NCBI GenBank assembly: GCA_965368975.1
Contig: CBDUPA010000002.1
Span: 128,001 to 192,000 of the forward strand
Length of the DNA: 64,000 nt
From: an uncultured bacterium
GTDB taxonomy: Bacteria; Acidobacteriota; Thermoanaerobaculia; Multivoradales; JAHZIX01
Direction of reading: 5' to 3'
Shown: one piece after another, positions 40,231-49,300 of the stretch
How the letters are laid out: every line of letters starts with the position of its first letter
Position numbering within the stretch: position 1 is the first letter of the stretch
Notes under the pieces: model-generated
What the model was told of the DNA's origin: nothing
The model's database searches: none
What the model saw: only the letters and a program-made list of their open reading frames with translations
Made by a program: the position numbers and the translations under genes

Positions 40231-41451
40231 TCAGAGCTGCTTGACGTCATCCAGATCAAGAGCGAAGAGCAACTGGAACGTGTCACGAATGCGCTGCTGC
40301 AGGTCCGGAGCCTGGCGCAGCGGACCTACCAGGGTGTTCGGATCCCGACTCTCACCCTCGATCCACAGGTTGGCGCACAGCACCTGGAGCGGTGGGCTGC
40401 CGGGTTCGAGGATCTGGGGATCGGTATCGTACACGCCGAGGTGTTCCAGCGTCGCGTGAGCAGCCAGGGCGCAGGCGTCGGGCAGGGCGAACAGCGACGG
40501 CTGGCGCTGCCGCAGAGCCATCGCTTGCTCTTGCCAGCGCACCAGGTTCTGCGCCGCCTGGGGATCATGCCGCGGCGCCAGCTCTCGGGCCCGGAAGGCC
40601 ATCCAGCCCGGCTTGGGCCAATTCAGACGGTCGCACACCATCTCGACCAGCTCGGTGCCGTTCGAGCCATCGGCCGAGACCATGATATCGAGTTCGTTGG
40701 CGGCTCGCACGGCTTCCAACAAGCGAGCGCCGGGCAGTAAGTCGCTCGTGCGCTGCACCACCGGTGCCGTGCAATGGTAGCGCCCTACTGGTGCCATCAG
40801 GGCCAGGTCGAGAAGATAGAGCGCGGTCCAGCGGGCCCTGCCGGGATCGTTCGGCAGCAGCGAGCGTAGCGGGTTGAGCGTGTGGCGGGCGGTTGCCGGC
40901 AGATCTCGCGACACCGGGTCTGGCAGGTCTTCGATCTGGGCCAGTTGCGCGGCTGCTTCCAGGATCATGCGCCCGCTGGCGATCACTGCCGGCGCCTGCG
41001 GTGGCGGTGTGTCCAGACGCCGCATCAGTCCTTGCCGCGGCAGACGCCAGCGCGGGCGCGGGCGGTCCTGCTGCAGGAGCAGGATCTCCTGGTACAGCCG
41101 GTTGAACTCGCCCAGGCCTTCGCTCAGGTGAGCGTCCAGGGTCAAGTGTGAGAGCCGCTGGCAGGACTCGTGGAGCTCTAGCGTCGCCTGCAGCATCTGC
41201 GCCACTACAGGATGCGTTTCTTGCTCCGCCCACGGCCTCAAGGGCCAGCCTCGACGACGGCCGTGGCGCAGACCGAAAGAGACGTTGGAGAGGATCGTCG
41301 AGGTCGCGATCTCGGAAATGTCGGTGACGAACTGGCCGAGACTGGTGCCGAGGATCTGCAGGCGGTGCTGTGCCGCGTGCGGGTGGCTCGGTGGCTGATG
41401 CAGGCGCTCCAGCAGGGCCAGCGGCTCCAGGTAGTGGCCCTGCGGGGCCAC
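40231..41451 (-). CDS. Hypothetical protein
   Basis: A long ORF filling the gap downstream of the VWA gene, with no recognisable family. The start is uncertain; GTG 41451 was chosen to avoid overlap. Confidence 0.6.
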   Translation of the reverse strand: MAPQGHYLEPLALLERLHQPPSHPHAAQHRLQILGTSLGQFVTDISEIATSTILSNVSFGLRHGRRRGWPLRPWAEQETHPVVAQMLQATLELHESCQRLSHLTLDAHLSEGLGEFNRLYQEILLLQQDRPRPRWRLPRQGLMRRLDTPPPQAPAVIASGRMILEAAAQLAQIEDLPDPVSRDLPATARHTLNPLRSLLPNDPGRARWTALYLLDLALMAPVGRYHCTAPVVQRTSDLLPGARLLEAVRAANELDIMVSADGSNGTELVEMVCDRLNWPKPGWMAFRARELAPRHDPQAAQNLVRWQEQAMALRQRQPSLFALPDACALAAHATLEHLGVYDTDPQILEPGSPPLQVLCANLWIEGESRDPNTLVGPLRQAPDLQQRIRDTFQLLFALDLDDVKQL

Positions 41452-41485
41452 CAGGAGACAAGTGTTGGCGCGCCGTCCGTACGCT

Positions 41486-44400
41486 TCAGGGTTGAGGGAA
41501 GTAGCCGGCAATCGTTCGTGCCCGCAGCTCGGGATGGTTGGGCAGTTCCACCTCGACCTCACGCCAGCTGTCCTCGTCCCCGGGATCGGCCGGATAGTAC
41601 CCGAGCAGATACTGGCTACGCAGCTCGCGCTCGATCTCTTGATAGATAGCGCCTAGGTTGTTGGTGTTGGGCAGATAGTAGACTCGGCCGCCCGAGGCAT
41701 CGGTCAGGCGGTCGAGACGGCCGGTGAAGTTGCGCATACCGAGGCTCAAGTCATCGCCACGTGCAACACCGGGGTGGAGCACGATCAGGTAGATCGGCAC
41801 CCCGGCCCGCTGCGCCAGCTGGTAGCAGGTACGGAACGGCATCTCTTCTTCTTCAACGGCACCGTCCGAGAACAGCACCAGGGCCTTCTTGCCACGCACC
41901 GCCTGCAGTTCGAGCAGCGAGAACACCACCGCTTCCCACAGGTCGGAATCGCCACTGGCCTCAAGGCTGTCGATACCGGTTACCAGACGCTTGAGATCAC
42001 CGCTCAGTGCGCGCGAAAGCCGAGGGTCGGTGTCGAAGTCGACCAGGAACGCCGCGTCGCGGTCCGACAGCACGGCGCGCACGAAGTCACCGGCCGCTTG
42101 CTGCACCGCTGGCAATTTGACGAACATGCTGGCCGACGAGTCGATCGCCAGACCGAGCGTCAAGGGAAGCGAGCCGGCGTCTTCGAAGGCCTCGACGCTC
42201 TGGCGGCTGCCGTCTTCCTTGACGATGAAGTCCTCGGCCGTCAATCCCTGCACCGGCTTGCCATCAGCGTCCGTGACGACGGTGTACAGCTCGACCAGGC
42301 GAATACTCACCCGTTCGGCGAAATCGGGATCGTCCGGGATCAGCACGTCTTCGGCCATGCGACCATCGTCGAGAAAGGCCGCGGCGCGCAAGAATCCGTC
42401 GGTGCTTGGCAGCACGACGCGTTGGCGTAGCGGTGGGCCGTAGAGCGTGGCCAGCAGCTGGTCGTTCCAAGAAAGCTCGACGCGATCCAGCCGCCGGCCA
42501 ACCGGCACGTTGACGTCGACCGCCACGTCGGTGGGACCAGGCTGCAGCCGCGAGGGCTGGGTCAGGAAGACACGGAAGTTGCCGCCGGCGTCGTTGATCA
42601 GCAGAATGTCGCGTCCGACCTCCTGGCCGGCGGGGCCGTAACCCACGACCCAGAGTGTGCGCCGCTGCGGCAGGTTGCCGAGTCGGATGCGTGCCTCGTA
42701 GGGCGGTGCGTCGACTTCGGCGACCTGCTCACCATCGAGGAAGAAGACAACCCGCTGCACGATGCTGCTCTGCACGCGCGCCTCGAAGGTCACACGGCCG
42801 CGCAGCACTTCCTCGTCTGGAGCCAGCAGGCGGATCGCCCTGGGTCGCGCGAGCAGAGACTCTTCGCGGGCTGGCCGTGCCGTCGACTCGGCGGCCTGCG
42901 CCAGCGCGCTGGTCGCTCCAGCGCCAGACACGGCAGCAACGGTGCCGCCCCAGGTCGACGACTCCAGATCCTCGACCAGCACCACGACACGATCCGCCCC
43001 GGTGGGCAGCTCCAGTTCGCGCTCGACCAGCCAATCCTGCTGCTCCGCCAGGCCGCCGACGTTGCGCACCTCGTGCAGCAGCCGCAGGGTCGACCCGTCG
43101 GCCGCCGCCAACCCGTAGGTGACCCGGATGTTCGTCTGCTGGCGGGCTGGCCGGGCGGAATCGGCCGCGGCGGAGTCGGCTGTGGCGGAATCCGCCAGTG
43201 GCGTCAGGTCCGTGCGAGTCTGCAACAAGCCGCTGCGCACCTCAGGAGCATCCAGAGTGTCAGCACCCCGGTCGGACGCGTCATCGCTCGCCGGATCGAG
43301 CTGCAACGACGACAACATCTCCAGCTGACCGTCTTCGAGTTCACCACGCAGCAAGCGCCGCACCCGAGCGGCAGCAACGGTTTCCGGAGGCGTACGCGAC
43401 ACCCAGGCACGGCTGCGCAGATTCCACTCGTCACCTCGACCATCGGAGGGGCTGTCGACGCGGATCGGCAGTGCACCGTCTGCCGACCGCGGCAAGGGCA
43501 CGCGCAAGGTCCAAGCACGCGCCTGCTGTTCGACGACCGGAATCAGCTGGCGCGGGTCCGCCACTGGCGCACCGCCGGTGATCCGGGCCAAGGTGCGCAT
43601 CGCCGCCTGGGCATCCAGCAACACGGGAGTATCGCTGGCCTGCACTACTTCTTCTTCACCCTGGAGCCGCCGACGCAAGCTCTCCAGCGACACCGAAACC
43701 CAAGGCACAGCCGTGGGCGCGTCGCGCGTCGCAGCTTCGAAGTCGTCGAGGTCGTAGGCGTCCTGCGCTGGTGCCTCTTCGACCTGCAGCGGACCGAAGA
43801 CCACCGGCACTGTCGTCCAACCATAGATCGACAGCGTCCGCGCGAGGTCCAGCACGAGACCGGAAAGATCGGGCACGGCGCCGCTGCGCCGCAGCTGTTC
43901 GGCCTGGTCGACGGGCAGGACATCGAGGTAGAAACGTTCCGGTTCGAGATCGAAGCCGTCGGTGATCCAGAACAGCAGGCGCCGTTCTCCCGGCGCCGGC
44001 AAGGGACGGCGCGCTACCCAGGTCAGTAAGTGGTCGACCTGCCGGCGCAGTAAGGCCTGCTCTTCGGCCATCGCTTCACGCACACGCTCCGCGAGGCTGG
44101 ACGCCGCTGGGCTGCTCAGCACGCTATCGTCGCGCCGCAGCCTCTCGACCTGCTGCAGAAACTGACGTCGACGGGTGCGCAGCTCGTCGCTGCCGCCGTC
44201 TTGGGTGGCCTGGTTGGCCCGAATCGCCCCTTGACTCAGGGAGCTGTCGAGCAGCAGAGGATCCCGGGTCGCGGGCAGGGTAACCCGTGGATCCGGCTGC
44301 GCCCGCACCACTTCGACGGCGCCAACATCGGTGAGCTGGCGTGCCGCTTCGGTGAAGGCGAGCGCGGCGCGGCGCAGAGTGCTGTCACCGGCCAGGCTGT

Positions 44401-44836
44401 GGTCGAAGTAGAGCACCACGTCCCACGGCGAATCGAGTCGGCGCAAGGGGCCGGCTAGCGGGCGCTCGACGAACTCGACCGGCACCCGTTGGCCGTCGAC
44501 CGTCACCGTCAGATCGCCAGCATCGAGGTCGAAGACGGGTTGGTTGCCGCCGTCGAGGGCCAGGAGGCGGAGTTCGATGCTGGCTTCGCCCGCTACCGCG
44601 GCTCCAGGGATCTGGGTACCAGGAGGATTGGCCGTCCGCGTCGCGGCGAGCGGGGCCTGAGCGTGCGTCGCGGGCAACCCTGCCAGCAGCAGTACTGTGA
44701 ACAGCAGTACGGCTGGCAGCAGAGCCGGCAGCCGTGTTGCTCGTGGGTGAGCGATCGGCGCCGGGCGCCGTCGGCGCTGTGCCGTCGAAGGCGGCGCAGC
44801 GGCAAAATGGTAGAAGGAGCGGTCGATCCAGTACAT
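41486..44836 (-). CDS. Large secreted VWA-domain protein (acidobacterial VWFA type; two VWA regions + Ig-like domains)
   Basis: Signal-like hydrophobic segment. C-terminal LVELYTVVTD..G.PV.GL...DF.V.EDG, MIDAS DSSAS, FSDG and LRSQYLLGY. Ig-like V.F..DG....APPY segments. Confidence 0.85.
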   Translation of the reverse strand: MYWIDRSFYHFAAAPPSTAQRRRRPAPIAHPRATRLPALLPAVLLFTVLLLAGLPATHAQAPLAATRTANPPGTQIPGAAVAGEASIELRLLALDGGNQPVFDLDAGDLTVTVDGQRVPVEFVERPLAGPLRRLDSPWDVVLYFDHSLAGDSTLRRAALAFTEAARQLTDVGAVEVVRAQPDPRVTLPATRDPLLLDSSLSQGAIRANQATQDGGSDELRTRRRQFLQQVERLRRDDSVLSSPAASSLAERVREAMAEEQALLRRQVDHLLTWVARRPLPAPGERRLLFWITDGFDLEPERFYLDVLPVDQAEQLRRSGAVPDLSGLVLDLARTLSIYGWTTVPVVFGPLQVEEAPAQDAYDLDDFEAATRDAPTAVPWVSVSLESLRRRLQGEEEVVQASDTPVLLDAQAAMRTLARITGGAPVADPRQLIPVVEQQARAWTLRVPLPRSADGALPIRVDSPSDGRGDEWNLRSRAWVSRTPPETVAAARVRRLLRGELEDGQLEMLSSLQLDPASDDASDRGADTLDAPEVRSGLLQTRTDLTPLADSATADSAAADSARPARQQTNIRVTYGLAAADGSTLRLLHEVRNVGGLAEQQDWLVERELELPTGADRVVVLVEDLESSTWGGTVAAVSGAGATSALAQAAESTARPAREESLLARPRAIRLLAPDEEVLRGRVTFEARVQSSIVQRVVFFLDGEQVAEVDAPPYEARIRLGNLPQRRTLWVVGYGPAGQEVGRDILLINDAGGNFRVFLTQPSRLQPGPTDVAVDVNVPVGRRLDRVELSWNDQLLATLYGPPLRQRVVLPSTDGFLRAAAFLDDGRMAEDVLIPDDPDFAERVSIRLVELYTVVTDADGKPVQGLTAEDFIVKEDGSRQSVEAFEDAGSLPLTLGLAIDSSASMFVKLPAVQQAAGDFVRAVLSDRDAAFLVDFDTDPRLSRALSGDLKRLVTGIDSLEASGDSDLWEAVVFSLLELQAVRGKKALVLFSDGAVEEEEMPFRTCYQLAQRAGVPIYLIVLHPGVARGDDLSLGMRNFTGRLDRLTDASGGRVYYLPNTNNLGAIYQEIERELRSQYLLGYYPADPGDEDSWREVEVELPNHPELRARTIAGYFPQP

Positions 44837-44918
44837 GGTAGAGGCGCCCCGGTCTGCTCGCAAAGGTGGTGCGGCAACCGGCGACGCCCCTAGAGATTAT
44901 TGGATCGGAGAGGTTAGC

Positions 44919-45716
44919 TCAAGCCGTAGCTTCCAAAAGCATGTCTTCCAATCCCAGAAGGCGAGCCATCTGCGGATCTGGAGCACGCACTTCCAGCGGT
45001 TTCAGGTACAGCGTCGTGGCCGCATTGATCGGCTTTGCCGCCAGTTCTCGCAGTGGCCGACGCTCGATCACCGGATCGCAAACGAGGTAGTGCGCTGCCT
45101 GGTAGATGACGACTTCGTGCTCCGGCGGATAGGTCTGCAGCAGAATGTCGACCAACACCTGCAACCCCTGCTGGTTGTACTCCTGCGACTGAAAGGTCAG
45201 GTCGCCGACGCAGCCCGCCTGCCAGATCACCAGTGCGCTACCGGGATCGAAGCGGCGGTGGGTCAGCAGAAAGTCGGTGGCTTCGAAGCTCTGGCAACCG
45301 ACCGGCCCCGGGTCGATACCGAGGTCCGCGAACAGGCAGTCTTCGGCCGAGATACCGGGCAACATCTGGGCCTCGTAACCCTCCTCGCGTGCGCGCCGTA
45401 CCGCCTCGTGCGACGGATTGACGAAGACCCCGGGATGACCGTAGAAGGCGGCGCAGACGTGCAGACCTTCGCGCACCAACTCGAGCATTCGATCGACCAT
45501 CTGGCCATAGGTCTCGAAGCGCGGCTTGTCGTCGCCGTAGAAACGGAACAGCGACTCCGTGTTGGGGTTGAGCGAATCGAGCCAATCCTGGGCCAGTTGA
45601 TCCGCCATGACGTAGAGAACGCGGTCCGCCCTGCGAATGTGTGCGATCGCTTCTTGGGTGGTGTGAGCACCGACCTGGATGCCGGTGCCGACGATGGTCA
45701 AAGAGCCAGCTTTCAA
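44919..45716 (-). CDS. Borosin alpha-N-methyltransferase (split borosin, SonM/OphMA-type; tetrapyrrole methylase fold)
   Basis: GSLTIVGTGI, Y60..R66..Y70, FYGHPGVF, PGISAEDCLFADLGIDP and GCQSFEATDFL. TTG start with AGGAGG 7 nt upstream. There is no fused core peptide. Confidence 0.92.
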   Translation of the reverse strand: MKAGSLTIVGTGIQVGAHTTQEAIAHIRRADRVLYVMADQLAQDWLDSLNPNTESLFRFYGDDKPRFETYGQMVDRMLELVREGLHVCAAFYGHPGVFVNPSHEAVRRAREEGYEAQMLPGISAEDCLFADLGIDPGPVGCQSFEATDFLLTHRRFDPGSALVIWQAGCVGDLTFQSQEYNQQGLQVLVDILLQTYPPEHEVVIYQAAHYLVCDPVIERRPLRELAAKPINAATTLYLKPLEVRAPDPQMARLLGLEDMLLEATA

Positions 45717-45756
45717 GGGTTCGCCTCCTAAAGGCAGTCCATGAGATAGGGAAACT

Positions 45757-45794
45757 CAACAAACCCCGGCAACCGCGTGAAGCCGTTGCCGGGG
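45757..45794 (-). terminator. Intrinsic terminator-like hairpin between the precursor and methyltransferase genes
   Basis: Minus strand CCCCGGCAAC-N11-GTTGCCGGGG (perfect 10-bp stem) followed by TTTGTTG. Confidence 0.7.
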
Positions 45795-45821
45795 CGACCG
45801 TGGAGAGGTATGGGGGGAGTG

Positions 45822-46079
45822 TCAGGCCGTGGCCTGGTAGATCTCGCGCGTCTGCACGCCGAGCATGATGATCGGCGAGGGTTGAACATCAGTGGTGAGA
45901 AAGCGCATCTGACTCTCTTCGCGGCGCTGCAGGGCGTCCTGGTGATGAGTGGACAGGCCGCTGGCCTGGAGAAGATCCTGCGGGGAACGGCGGAAATCCA
46001 CCGCCTGCATCGGGTCGCTGACCAGTTGCAAGAGGAACTGCTTCAGGTTGTTCGAGTCGTTGCTGCTCTGATGGATCAT
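45822..46079 (-). CDS. Borosin RiPP precursor peptide (borosin-binding/LigA-like leader + hydrophobic core)
   Basis: 85 aa with a GGAG RBS. LKQFLLQLVSDP....DFRRSPQDLLQASGLS..HQDAL fits the SonA-type helical leader, followed by the tail DVQPSPIIMLGVQTREIYQATA. It is adjacent to the methyltransferase. Confidence 0.85.
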   Translation of the reverse strand: MIHQSSNDSNNLKQFLLQLVSDPMQAVDFRRSPQDLLQASGLSTHHQDALQRREESQMRFLTTDVQPSPIIMLGVQTREIYQATA

Positions 46080-46339
46080 CTGGCAATCTCCAAGTAGATG
46101 AATTCAAGGGGGGAATTCAGGTTACGACGCTTGATGTGATGCAAGAACCTCGATGAGAGTTCGATCGAGGCCAGCTCTGCATGGGAGCTGAAGGCTCCGC
46201 GACAGACCGGCGGGCAACCGCCAGAGCGGCACCCGATCGGGCACCGCTGCCGTGCTTCATGCGTTCATGGGCTCAGACGAACGTCGGGCGAGAAACGTGA
46301 ATTTTCTGGAATTTTCTCTTGCCGGCGCCGATCGGGCGA

Positions 46340-49300
46340 TCAGCTGGCTTCTTGCGTGAGCTGCTGGAAGGTGGCGGCCACGGGATTGTGAACCCAGAAG
46401 CGGCGCTGTGCCGGTCCGGAAAGGTGGCCCGAGATGCGGCGCAAGAGAATGCCAGCCTTCTCCCGATGGTCGTCCCCAGCGCCGGCTTGATAGAGGACTA
46501 GGTGTAGCTCGGCCCGAAGACTCACAGGCATTCGGTCGTGTGTCTCGACAGTCTGCGGGTCTGCTTCCCCGATCAAAGCCAAGTAGGCCTGCGGCAGGAT
46601 GCCGGGAGTATCCAGGGAATACTCGACCGAGAGATCGGAGGCTTCCATGAGCAAGGGCCTTGCGGAACGGAGGTTCTCTCTCCGAATGAAGAGCCTTGCC
46701 AGCGACATGGCGATTTCCGCCTCAGCACGCTTGGCGCTAAGTTCTTGATGAAATTCGAGAGCGGAGTGATAGAGCCTCTCCGCCTGATCCAGATCGCCCC
46801 GAGCAAACGCCAGATCTCCCAGGTAGAGCGAGAAATAGCCTTCAAGATATATAGCCTCGGTCAACCTTGCTAGTTGCAACCCTTGCTGCAGTACCTCTTC
46901 GGCCTCTTCGAGCTTCCCCTCGTCCAGAGCAAGACGGCCCAGCAATCCAAGGGTCAATCCTTCTCCCTGGCGGAAACCGATCTCCTTGGACAACCGCAGG
47001 CTTTGCCCCAACTCGGAGCGGGCACGCTCGTAGTCTCCCAGATTGCGCAGTGTCAGTCCCAACATGGCACTGATACGCACTCTCAACTCGAGCGAATGCA
47101 CCTGTTCGACGTGATCCATCCCTGCATCAAACTGGCTCAAAGCCGACTCGTATCGTCCCATCCCCAGGAGAGCGCCGCCCACCGCGAGGCGACATGCTGC
47201 CTGCAGGTGAAGATCCTGAAGGTCCTGAGCCAGCTTCAGACGTCGCTCCAGCCACGTCAGCGAGTCCTCGAACTCTCCCAGTTGCAGTGACACACTGCCC
47301 ATGAGACCGAGTACTTCGGCGTGCAAGTCGTCGTCCTCGTGCCTTTCGGCATACTGGAGAGGAGGCTGCAGCGCACTACGCGCCTCCCAGTAGCGTGCTC
47401 GGTTCATCAACAGGCGAGCCTGCGCGACTTCGGCCCAGGCGACGCGTCCGGGATCCTCCGCGCTACGTGCGGCTTCCAGTGCTGCCACGGCCGTCTCGTT
47501 CTCTTCCTCGCGATAACCCATGAGGTCGAGACACTCGGTCTGCCGCAACAGAACATCACAGCGAAGGGCCGGATCAGTGACAACCCTCAGCGCGATCTGG
47601 CTCAGCTCCAACAAGGTCTCGTGCTGGTAGCGACGGGCCAGGAAGTCCAGCGCCCGCAGCAACGTTCGCCCCCCCCTCTCGATGTCGCCGCCGCGCAGGA
47701 AGTGCTCACACAGGAAGACTGCCTCGCGGCCGGAGATCTCCTCGGCCGGCAAGCTGGCCAAGCCTTCGCGCTCTTCGTAAACCTCGGCCAGGCGCCGGTG
47801 CGCCGCCCAGCGCTCGTCCGGTGACAAGCGGGCCGCCAGCATCTCCGGCAGTTGGTGCTGGTCAAATCGATAGTCGGTACCCAGAGCCCACACCACGCCG
47901 CTACGCCGCTCGATCGCCGCCAGCTGATCCAGGACCTGCAGGCGCTTGAGGCCAAGCATGTGTGCCACCAAGTCAGGGTCGAAGTTGTAGCCCTGCAGTG
48001 ACGCGGTTCCGAGCAAGTCGAGCTGTTCGTCGCTCAACGCAGCGAGGCGCGTCTCCAGCAGCTCGCGCACGGAAGCCGGAATCTCGAGCACCGCGAGCTC
48101 GTCGTGCAGGCTGTAGGCACCGCCCGCCGACGGCCGCAGGTTGCCGCGCGAAATCAAGTCGTGGACGATCTCGCTGATGAAGAAGGGATTGCCGTCGGCG
48201 CGCACCGCCAGCCGCGGACCCAACTGCTCGGCGGTGCTGGTCGATGCCAACATTTCGTCGAGCAAGCGTACGACCTGGCGCTCAGATAACCGCGACAGGT
48301 GGATCTTGCGGCAGTGGTCGAGCTGCCGCACGTCTTCGAGCTGGGGCACGCTGGTGCCCGAGCGGCAGGTGCCGATCAACAGGATCGGGTGGCCATCGAC
48401 CTCGCGTGCCAGCGCACGGAAGTAGTTCAGGGTTTCCTGCCCGGCAAACTGCAAATCTTCGACGATCCACAGCACTGGCCGCTCGCTGGCCAGTGCACAG
48501 GCGAGGTAGGACAGCACCGCCTGCAGAGCTTCCTTGGGCAGGGGTTCGACGTCGGCAGGGGGCAGCCGACCGCGCAGCAGGGCAGCGAACGCCGGCACCA
48601 GACGCGTGGTCAGAGACAGGTACCGCTGCAGCTGCGACTCGAGCTGGAACTCGCCGAGATGCTCGTGGACCGCCTGGAACAGTGGATTGACCGATGCCCG
48701 CGGCTGGGCCGCGCCGTAGAGCACGTGCAGGCCTTGGCTCGACTCGGCCAGGCGCTGTAGGAACGCATCGACCAACCGTGTCTTACCGATACCGGCTTCA
48801 CCTTCGAGCAACACGACCCTACCGCGGCCGCGGCTGGAGTCGCGCAGCAGCGCATGCAGGGTCTCCAGCTCGGTAAAGCGACCGACGAACGGCACCGCAC
48901 GCGAAACGTCCAGTCGGCGCAGCTCGTCGTAGCGGTTCTCCTGCCGCAGCTCGTGCTCACGCTGCTGCCACCAGGCCGACTCCTCGCCCTGATCGAGCAC
49001 TTCGATCAACGCCTCCGCCGAGCCGAAACGCTCGCTAGGCTCCTTGAGCATCAGACGCACCACGACTTCTTCCAGCAGCGGTGTGATGCGACTGTTGAGG
49101 TGGCCCATCTTGGGCGGTACGTGCTGCAGGTGACGCTGAATGGTGGCGCGGGTGTTGCGGCCATGGAACGGCTGCACTGTCGTCGCCGCCTCGTACAGAA
49201 TGACGCCAAGAGAATAGAGGTCCGAGGCCGGCGTCACGACCTCGCAGCGGATCTGCTCCGGTGGTGCGTACATCAGAGTGCCGACGAAGCCTCCGTCGCG

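Noticed and set aside
44919-45716. Annotation as a cobalamin/siroheme tetrapyrrole methylase or MazG-fusion methylase
   Set aside because: The YGHPGVF and AEDCLFADLGIDP motifs, the conserved Tyr/Arg positions and the adjacent precursor fit borosins. No tetrapyrrole genes are nearby.
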